From Pseudomonadota bacterium (lineage in GTDB: Bacteria > Pseudomonadota > Alphaproteobacteria > UBA1280 > RI-95), in contig WGLU01000004.1 of NCBI GenBank assembly GCA_016125375.1, positions 10,528-74,527 of the forward strand: a DNA stretch of 64,000 bases, given 5' to 3'. The notes beneath the pieces are model-generated. The model searched no databases and was not told where the DNA came from. It saw only the letters and a list, made by a program, of their open reading frames with translations. Each line of letters starts with the position of its first letter. Positions within the stretch are counted from its first letter, which is position 1. Of this stretch, positions 57,295 through 64,000 are shown one piece after another. The translations under genes and the position numbers were made by a program.

Positions 57295-59073
57295 ATGAAA
57301 AAACACCGTTCCTTCTCGTCTCTGTTGCTTATCCTCGCTGCCGGTGTGGCGCTGAGCGCATGCCAGACAACCGCCACAAAACCGCCTGTTGATCCGGCAA
57401 CTGCGCTGGAACTGAATGATGAGGATGTGGCCGCTGCCATGCAGGAAGTTCAAGGCCCGCCACTCGAGGTGGACGACCTTGCCGGCCTGATGTCGAGCTA
57501 CCTGTCGGCCATTATTGCCGATACCCGCGGGGATGATGATGTCGCCTCCGGTTATTACCGCCAGATTTTGAAGCAAGACCCTATCCACACCCCTGTACGT
57601 GAGCGTGCATTCAGCTTGTCGCTGGCAGAAGGGGATATTACCGGTGCGCTGGCACTGGTGCCGGACGACGGCTCCATGGTGGATGTATCTGGCCAGCCGA
57701 TGGTGCAGTTGACCCGCTTTTACAAAGCCGTCGCCGACGGCAAAATGGACAAGGCCTACAAGTCACTGGATGCGGCGGAAGCCACCAGCCCGCAATTGCT
57801 GCTGTTGCAACTGGCGCGCGCCTATCTGGACCTGAACAGCGGTAAAACGGTTGCCGAGGCGATGGAGACTGTCCGCGGGGCGGAGATTTCATCCTATCTG
57901 GTTGCCTTCAAATATTATCACCTGGGCCGCCTGTACGAGAGTGCAGGCCAGGTTGACGACGCGCTGGTTGCCTACCGTAACGGCCAGATGGTTGACCCAT
58001 CATCGCTGTTCCTGACACTGGCGCTGGGCGAGCTGTACGAACGCCGCGGGCAGGTTGATAAAGCGCTGGAAGTCTATGACAGTTTTTCCAGCCTTAACCC
58101 GGATACCAGCTGGCTCGACAGCGCGTATGAGCGCATCCACGCCGGTAAGGCGCCACCACCTGCCGATACCTCCCTGCAAGCAGGTCTGGCCCATCTGGTC
58201 TTCGACTTTGGCACCATTATGGTGGGACAGCAGGTTTTCCTGACGGCGCAGCAGTTTTTCCAACTGGCTGTACTGGTGGACCCCAAGCACGAGTTTGCCA
58301 ATTTCTACCTTGGCCTGCTGAACGAACAGGCGGGACGTATGGATCAGGCGATTGTCTATTACCAGAAGATTCCCGCAGGCAGCCCGCCATATCTTTCTGC
58401 CCAGATTCGCGTGGCAGAGTCCATTTACGCCGACAAGAACAAGGCAGGTGCCATCAACCAGCTTAAACAGCTGCTGAAAGAATATCCGCACGCAACAGCG
58501 CTGCACCGCGCGTTGGCACAGATGTACTACGACATGGAAGACTATAAAAAAGCCATCGAGCAGTACGACATCATCCTCAAGGATGTGACGGTGCCCGAGA
58601 AGCGCCACGCCATGCTGTTCTTCTCCCGCGGGGCCAGCCATGAGCGCTTGCGCCAGTTCGATCAGGCCACGGCAGACCTTGAAAAAGCCCTTGCGCTGCT
58701 GCCGGACAACCCGATGATTCTGAACTATCTCGGCTATATGTGGGCCGATATCGACCGCAATCTGGAGCAGGCTTACGGCTATATCAAACGCGCTATCGAG
58801 TTGCGCCCCGATGATGGTGCGATTGTGGATAGTCTGGGCTGGGCCTACTACAAAAAAGGCGATTACGATACGGCGGTCAAATATCTGGAGCAGGCAACAT
58901 CGCTGTTGCCGAACGACCCGACCATCAATGCACACCTTGGCGACGTGTACGACAAGCTTGGCCGTGCGGATGAGGCCCGCACCCAGTGGCACCGTGCCTT
59001 GACCATCGGTCCCGACAGACCGGAGGAGCGCCGCGAGCTGGAAAAGAAACTCGGCCTTAAAACAAAAGGCTGA
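57295..59073 (+). CDS. TPR-repeat lipoprotein
   Basis: MKKHRSFSSLLLILAAGVALSAC lipobox; repeated TPR-like AxxxYxxAL units. Confidence 0.8.
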   Translation: MKKHRSFSSLLLILAAGVALSACQTTATKPPVDPATALELNDEDVAAAMQEVQGPPLEVDDLAGLMSSYLSAIIADTRGDDDVASGYYRQILKQDPIHTPVRERAFSLSLAEGDITGALALVPDDGSMVDVSGQPMVQLTRFYKAVADGKMDKAYKSLDAAEATSPQLLLLQLARAYLDLNSGKTVAEAMETVRGAEISSYLVAFKYYHLGRLYESAGQVDDALVAYRNGQMVDPSSLFLTLALGELYERRGQVDKALEVYDSFSSLNPDTSWLDSAYERIHAGKAPPPADTSLQAGLAHLVFDFGTIMVGQQVFLTAQQFFQLAVLVDPKHEFANFYLGLLNEQAGRMDQAIVYYQKIPAGSPPYLSAQIRVAESIYADKNKAGAINQLKQLLKEYPHATALHRALAQMYYDMEDYKKAIEQYDIILKDVTVPEKRHAMLFFSRGASHERLRQFDQATADLEKALALLPDNPMILNYLGYMWADIDRNLEQAYGYIKRAIELRPDDGAIVDSLGWAYYKKGDYDTAVKYLEQATSLLPNDPTINAHLGDVYDKLGRADEARTQWHRALTIGPDRPEERRELEKKLGLKTKG

Positions 59074-59100
59074 GGGCAGGTAAAATAGCGAAAATGGTTG

Positions 59101-59130
59101 TTGACAACCTTACGCCGTTTTTTTACTTTA
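59101..59130 (+). promoter_or_regulatory. putative tRNA-Gln promoter
   Basis: TTGACA-N18-ACTTTA, ending 11 nt before the mature tRNA 5' end. Confidence 0.5.
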
Positions 59131-59141
59131 GCCCCTGCTGT

Positions 59142-59216
<75 letters not shown>

Positions 59217-59218
59217 AC

Positions 59219-59250
59219 AAAAAACCACCCTATACGGGTGGTTTTTTGTT
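59219..59250 (+). terminator. intrinsic terminator after tRNA-Gln
   Basis: stem ccaccc/gggtgg, extendable by A/T pairs, followed by tttttt. Confidence 0.75.
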
Positions 59251-59254
59251 GGCT
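59235..59254 (+). repeat. direct repeat copy 1 (cgggtggttttttgttggct)
   Basis: Exact 20-mer that recurs at 59402-59421. Confidence 0.9.
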
Positions 59255-59401
59255 GAGTGGGAGGGGCCGAGAACCCGAACAAGAGGGTTCGACCGCGCAG
59301 GCAGCAAGCCGGAGCGGCGCTGGCGCCAGCCAGCCCGAAGGGCGGTGGGGAGCAGACCCGCCGCAATCCTGACGGCTACGTTAAATCACAGTCACACCCG
59401 G

Positions 59402-59421
59402 CGGGTGGTTTTTTGTTGGCT
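59402..59421 (+). repeat. direct repeat copy 2 (cgggtggttttttgttggct)
   Basis: Exact 20-mer; with the preceding caccc it again forms a short hairpin plus T-run. Confidence 0.9.
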
Positions 59422-59427
59422 CCAGCT

Positions 59428-60087
59428 TTAGTCAACTTTCAGCGCGCCGACAATCTGGCCCATGCCGGCATATTGTACCAGTACCACGCGGTGGGTACCG
59501 TCAGGTGCTGCGGGCAGTGCGCGTGTTGTGGCCTGCCCTTGCCAGGTGCCAAGCGACTGGATGCTGCGGACAAGATTAATCTCGTTCAACTGGTTTCCGG
59601 CATTTTCACCACGTGTAACGTCTGTTGCTGCCTTTGGCTGGACGGTTAGCAGCAGAACCTCTGCCTCATGGCCGTGCAAATCGCTTGCGGGCAGGCGCAG
59701 GGTTGTCGCATCGGCGCTCAGGGCCACGAAAGGGGTGTTTTTAGTCATGGCGCCGTTAATGCCGCGCGCGTCGGAACCAACCAGACTGCTGATACCATTG
59801 ATGCGCATTTCCGGCGTAAAAACACGGCCGCTGCCGGCGGCGGCGTAAGCGCGCTGGCGGGCAGTACCTTCCGGTGTGGCATAAGGGTCCGCCCACCCCA
59901 GATAGTCCCAGTACGTCACGTGGTAGGCGAGGGTGATAACACCCTCCTGTTTGTCCAGTTTCTGCAACAGCGCCTCGGCTGGCGGGCAGGAGGAGCATCC
60001 CTGAGAGGTGAAGAGCTCGAGAACGGCAGCGTTGGCGTTTTGTGCCGCACTCAGGCAGGCGAGGGTTATCAGGGCAGCGCGCAGCAT
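59428..60087 (-). CDS. DUF1223 thioredoxin-like secreted protein
   Basis: Signal peptide MLRAALITLACLSAAQNANA, then ELFTSQGCSSCPPAE, hallmark of DUF1223. Confidence 0.85.
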   Translation of the reverse strand: MLRAALITLACLSAAQNANAAVLELFTSQGCSSCPPAEALLQKLDKQEGVITLAYHVTYWDYLGWADPYATPEGTARQRAYAAAGSGRVFTPEMRINGISSLVGSDARGINGAMTKNTPFVALSADATTLRLPASDLHGHEAEVLLLTVQPKAATDVTRGENAGNQLNEINLVRSIQSLGTWQGQATTRALPAAPDGTHRVVLVQYAGMGQIVGALKVD

Positions 60088-60147
60088 GGGGCATCCTTTC
60101 ATGGTCATGCCAGAAGGTTCGGCTCATGTGGACAATAGGTTACACAT

Positions 60148-60179
60148 AAAAAGCAACCGCAGGCCAGCGTGGCCTGCGG
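60148..60179 (-). terminator. intrinsic terminator of the 60201..60755 gene
   Basis: stem ccgcaggcc/ggcctgcgg with T-run on the - strand. Confidence 0.7.
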
Positions 60180-60200
60180 TGCGGGCTTTGTAAGCGTTGC

Positions 60201-60755
60201 CTATGCCGACTTGCGGACGGGGTGAGTTTCCACCACTGGGAAGTCGATATCGGTCTTGAACACCTCGTTAAAATAATTGGTGAAGGTGTTCAGGGCAACG
60301 TGGGCAACAATCTCTACCAGTTCTTCGTCTGTAAAACCGGCCTGACGTATAGTGTCAACATCACTGTCGGCCACGTGGCCACGGTTGTCGATGACTTTAC
60401 GGGCAAAATCCAACGCGGCCTGTACTTTACCGTCGGATGCTGTGCCGCTCAGGTTGGCAGTCGTTTCCTCTTTGCTCAGGCCTTGGCGGCTACCCATGAA
60501 AGTGTGGGCGGAGGCGCAATAGTTACAGCCGTTATAGCCTGCGGTTGTCAGGGCAAGTTGTTCGCGCAGCTGGGCAGGTAGCGTGCCGCTGCCGAGGGCC
60601 TTGTTAAACCCCAGATACCCTTCCAGTACGGCTGGCGCATTTGCCATGGCGCCGAAAATATTCAGTTCCGCGCCAAGAGCGCTTTTAACAGCGCCGAGCA
60701 GAGCATTGGCTTTACCGTCGGTGGTTGCAATTTTCAGAGTGGGGATGCGTTGCAT
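60201..60755 (-). CDS. carboxymuconolactone decarboxylase/AhpD-like family protein
   Basis: NGCNYCASAH CxxC-type motif in a ~180-aa all-helical protein. Confidence 0.82.
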   Translation of the reverse strand: MQRIPTLKIATTDGKANALLGAVKSALGAELNIFGAMANAPAVLEGYLGFNKALGSGTLPAQLREQLALTTAGYNGCNYCASAHTFMGSRQGLSKEETTANLSGTASDGKVQAALDFARKVIDNRGHVADSDVDTIRQAGFTDEELVEIVAHVALNTFTNYFNEVFKTDIDFPVVETHPVRKSA

Positions 60756-60777
60756 GGTTTTATCCTTTCATTTTGGT

Positions 60778-60791
60778 AAACAAAATTGTTT
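60778..60791. promoter_or_regulatory. inverted repeat AAACAA-aa-TTGTTT, candidate TetR operator
   Basis: 6-2-6 palindrome in the divergent region, 23 nt from the AhpD-like start. Confidence 0.3.
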
Positions 60792-60914
60792 CCTCTACAG
60801 ATTAATTCGGCGGGGCAGGAAATTGGTTACATGGTTTCTTAAAATTTTTTAAAATAACTAACATGTTGATTTTGAATGGATTGAAAGTGCGTTGTTGCGT
60901 GTTATCTTAAATAT

Positions 60915-61505
60915 ATGAGCAGGAAACAAACAGGTATCAACAAACCCAGTCGCCGTGACCACCTCGTCCGTACGGCCATGGAACTCTTTTGTGCACACGG
61001 CTACCATGCTACGGGCGTGGATATGATTATGCAGGCTTCCGGGGTTTCCAAAAAAACCATGTACACGTATTTCCGCACCAAGGAGGAACTGGTGCTTGCG
61101 GCGCTTATGGCCTATGACAGTGTGTTCCGCAACCAGTTCATGCGCGCGGTCGAGGCCGCCACCACAACGCCGCAGGACAAACTGCTCGCCGTATTCGATG
61201 TGGCTCATGACTGGTTTGGCCAGAATAACTTTTACGGCTGCCCGTTCATTAATGCGGTTGGCGAGTATGCCGATACCGACAACCCTGTCCGCCAGATCAG
61301 CAAACTCTTCAAACAACAGATGCATGACTATGTGCGTAGTCTGTGCGTTGCCGCCGGTGCCGGTAACCCTGACGGACTGGCGGATGAGCTGGCACTCCTG
61401 CTCGAAGGGGCGATTGTGACGGCGCAGGTGAGCGGCCGGCCCGGCGCAGCAGAAACCGCCAAGCGTATTGCCGCTCACCGGATAGCGGAACAGACAAAAA
61501 AATGA
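60915..61505 (+). CDS. TetR/AcrR-family transcriptional regulator
   Basis: N-terminal HTH RDHLVRTAMELFCAHGYHATGVDMIMQASGVSKKTMYTYF. Confidence 0.9.
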   Translation: MSRKQTGINKPSRRDHLVRTAMELFCAHGYHATGVDMIMQASGVSKKTMYTYFRTKEELVLAALMAYDSVFRNQFMRAVEAATTTPQDKLLAVFDVAHDWFGQNNFYGCPFINAVGEYADTDNPVRQISKLFKQQMHDYVRSLCVAAGAGNPDGLADELALLLEGAIVTAQVSGRPGAAETAKRIAAHRIAEQTKK

Positions 61506-61606
61506 ATTGTTGGGCAACCTGCGCAGGGTTTGCTTTGACGCTGCGTTGTATGTGCTAGACTTTGTTGATAAATCCGGTTGGACGTAAGCAAAAGTAAGGA
61601 AAAACC

Positions 61607-62668
61607 ATGCGCCTTAAGCCCGTACTTGTTGTTGTTGCCGTTGCTGCCTTCGGGTGGGTGGGGTACAAGGCCTTTTTCGCCGGCAGCGGTGTCAAAAAGG
61701 AGCGTGGCGCAGCGGTTGTGATGGTACAGCCTGCGGCGCTGAGCACCATTGAGGACCTGATTGAGGCATTGGGTACTGCGAAAGCCAACGAGTCGGTGGT
61801 AATTACCTCCCACGTGACTGAAAGTATCAAGGACATCAATTTCGACGACGGCGAAATGGTTGACGAGGGGCGTATTCTGGTAGAGCTCAGCAAGTTCGAG
61901 GAAACGGCCGAACTGCAAAATGCCCGTTCCAACCTTGCAGAGCAGGAAAAACAGTATCAGCGTGCGGTCGAGCTGGTCAAATCGGGCGCTGCTACAAAAT
62001 CCCGCCTGGACACACAGACTGCCGCCCTTAAATCCGCCAAAGCACAGGTTGCCGTTGCCGAGGCCCGCATCAACGACCGTGTGATTAAAGCGCCCTTTAC
62101 CGGTATTCTGGGTCTGCGTCAGGTCAGCCCAGGATCGCTGATTCAACCGGGTACGGTTATTACGACGCTCGACGATATTCGCACCATCAAGCTCGACTTT
62201 GCAGTGCCGGAAACCTATCTGGCCGAAGTTCAAACAGGCCTGAGCATTCAGGCCCGTAATGCTGCCTATCCCGACAGGGTATTCGAGGGGAAGGTCTCCA
62301 GCGTGGATACGCGTGTGGACCCCGCAACCCGCACGGTAACGGTACGTGCCCAGCTGGATAATCCCGAGTTTATCATCCGCCCCGGCATGCTGATGGTGGT
62401 TGACGTGGTGCGTAACCCCCGCGAGCGGATTATGATTCCCGAACAGGCCATCATGTCCTTGCAGGACCGGCAGTACGTCTACGTTATGGACGCGGCGAGC
62501 AGGGCCCAGCGTGTGACCATCAAAACAGGCATTCGCCGTAATGGCATGATCGAGGTGACAGAGGGCCTGAATGCCGGTGACAACGTTGTGGTGGAAGGCG
62601 CCTTCAAACTCCGCCCCGGTGCCGAGGCGAAAACCGTTCCCTTTGTTGCTGACGGGGGCGGCGCATGA
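61607..62668 (+). CDS. RND efflux periplasmic adaptor (membrane fusion protein)
   Basis: TM/signal start, coiled-coil hairpin, APFTGILGLRQVSPGSLI lipoyl-like motif; precedes the RND pump. Confidence 0.9.
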   Translation: MRLKPVLVVVAVAAFGWVGYKAFFAGSGVKKERGAAVVMVQPAALSTIEDLIEALGTAKANESVVITSHVTESIKDINFDDGEMVDEGRILVELSKFEETAELQNARSNLAEQEKQYQRAVELVKSGAATKSRLDTQTAALKSAKAQVAVAEARINDRVIKAPFTGILGLRQVSPGSLIQPGTVITTLDDIRTIKLDFAVPETYLAEVQTGLSIQARNAAYPDRVFEGKVSSVDTRVDPATRTVTVRAQLDNPEFIIRPGMLMVVDVVRNPRERIMIPEQAIMSLQDRQYVYVMDAASRAQRVTIKTGIRRNGMIEVTEGLNAGDNVVVEGAFKLRPGAEAKTVPFVADGGGA

Positions 62669-64000
62669 TTCTGTCGGATATTTCGGTCAAACGTCCGGTT
62701 TTCGCGACGGTTATCAGCTTGCTGCTGGTGACCTTCGGGGTAATGTTCTTCCAGCGGTTGCCGCTACGGGAATATCCGGATATTGACCCGCCGGTCGTGT
62801 CCGTGACCACCAGTTACCCCGGTGCCTCTGCTGCCGTAGTAGAGAGTAAGGTCACCCAGATTATCGAGGACCAGATTAGCGGTATCGAAGGCATCCGTAC
62901 CATCGAATCCAGCAGTCAGGACGGACGCTCCAGCATCAACATCGAGTTTACCCTCAACCGCGATATCGACGCCGCGGCTAACGACATCCGCGATCGTGTG
63001 AGCCGTGTACTGGGCAATTTGCCGGAAGAGGTGGATGCGCCGGAAGTGGCTAAATCCGACTCCGACAACAGTCCCATCATGTGGCTTAACCTTTCCAGCA
63101 CCAAAATGAACGGGCTGGAGCTGACCGACTTTGCGGACCGGTATCTGGTAGACAAGTTCTCGGTCGTTGACGGGGTTGCGCGCGTGCGCATCGGCGGCGA
63201 ACGCCGTTACGCCATGCGCATCTGGATTGACCGTAATGCTCTCGCCGCCCGCGACCTGACCGTGGCGGATCTGGAGAATGCGCTCCGCCGTGAAAACGTC
63301 GAGCTGCCCGCCGGTCGGCTGGAATCCAAACAGATGGAATACACGGTGCGGGTGGCGCGCCTGTATAACAACGCGACCGATTTTTCTGCCCTTGTGTTGA
63401 AGATGAATGGCGATGGCACCCCTGTCCGCTTGGGGGATGTTGCCCGTGTCGAGGTTGGTGCCGAGGACGAACGCAACGAGCTGCGCGGGAATGGTCAGGA
63501 CATGATTGGTCTGGGTATCGTCAAACAGTCAAAAGCCAATACACTGGCGGTCGCCCGTGGTATCCGCGAGAAAATGGCCGAAGTACAGGAAGGCCTGCCG
63601 GAAGGTACAAACCTGTACAACAGCTACGACTCGTCCGTGTTTATTGAGGAGGCGATTAAAGAGGTCTACTTCACTCTGTTTATCGCCATGGTACTGGTGG
63701 TCGGTGTTATTTACATCTTCCTCGGCAACGTGCGCACGGTGTTGGTGCCTGCCGTTACCGTACCCGTGTCGCTGGTTGCCAGTTCGACGGTGCTGTTCGC
63801 CATGGGGTACTCGGTCAACCTGCTCACCCTGTTGGCGTTGGTGCTGGCGATTGGCCTTGTGGTGGATGATGCCATCGTGGTGCTGGAGAACGTGGTGCGC
63901 CGTATCCAAAAGGGCGAGCCGGCCCTACTGGCCGCAGCCCGCGGCACACGGCAGGTGGGTTTTGCCGTACTGGCAACTACCTTTGTGCTGATTGCCGTTT
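62665..64000 (+). CDS. RND (HAE1/AcrB-like) efflux permease, 5' part, runs off the window
   Basis: ATGA overlap with the adaptor stop; MILSDISVKRPVFATVISLLL...GLVVDDAIVVLENV; no stop before the window end. Confidence 0.92.
   Translation, partial: MILSDISVKRPVFATVISLLLVTFGVMFFQRLPLREYPDIDPPVVSVTTSYPGASAAVVESKVTQIIEDQISGIEGIRTIESSSQDGRSSINIEFTLNRDIDAAANDIRDRVSRVLGNLPEEVDAPEVAKSDSDNSPIMWLNLSSTKMNGLELTDFADRYLVDKFSVVDGVARVRIGGERRYAMRIWIDRNALAARDLTVADLENALRRENVELPAGRLESKQMEYTVRVARLYNNATDFSALVLKMNGDGTPVRLGDVARVEVGAEDERNELRGNGQDMIGLGIVKQSKANTLAVARGIREKMAEVQEGLPEGTNLYNSYDSSVFIEEAIKEVYFTLFIAMVLVVGVIYIFLGNVRTVLVPAVTVPVSLVASSTVLFAMGYSVNLLTLLALVLAIGLVVDDAIVVLENVVRRIQKGEPALLAAARGTRQVGFAVLATTFVLIAV

Noticed and set aside
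59283-59292. A tRNA fragment or pseudogene inside the 147-bp insert (10-mer identical to the T-arm of tRNA-Gln)
   Set aside because: Only 10 nt match. They form the 3' half of a different hairpin, and no acceptor or anticodon arm can be drawn. I kept it only as a supporting detail of the direct-repeat finding.

Overview
Chromosomal segment of a moderately GC-rich bacterium, most likely an alphaproteobacterium. Supporting gene order: rimP-nusA-ylxR-infB-rbfA, truB-rpsO, pnp, mdh-sucCD, def-fmt-truA, etfBA, ETF-QO, hbd, a zinc-ribbon gene divergent from ftsEX, a TIGR02302/DUF4175-type protein and tRNA-Gln. I call 67 coding regions (three are below the 60-aa cutoff of the ORF track), 1 tRNA and about 20 intrinsic terminators. 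I saw no rRNA, CRISPR array, transposase or integrase. Many long ORFs in the six-frame track are antisense mirrors of real genes and I treat them as codon-bias artefacts. The most notable structure is dispersed rather than a single locus. The conserved backbone is interrupted at least ten times by one- or two-gene inserts, most of unknown function (a deoC and a Nudix gene are among them). These inserts share C/G-ending codon usage and their own GC-hairpin terminator, most have a recognisable TTGACA-type promoter, and they carry a 40-90 nt pyrimidine-rich (CTTTTCC-like) leader that in several cases can pair with the GGAG Shine-Dalgarno. One member is an unlisted 53-codon Gly/Ser-repeat peptide gene (39627-39788). 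Other points: a non-classical (type E, HdrB-like subunit) succinate dehydrogenase operon that contains a rhomboid gene and an SdhB with a histone-H1-like Lys/Ala tail; a 20-bp direct repeat bracketing a 147-bp GC-rich insert just after tRNA-Gln; a strong-SD uORF in the pnp leader; and a leader terminator before rimP. All family assignments come from motif recognition by eye, since no database search was possible.
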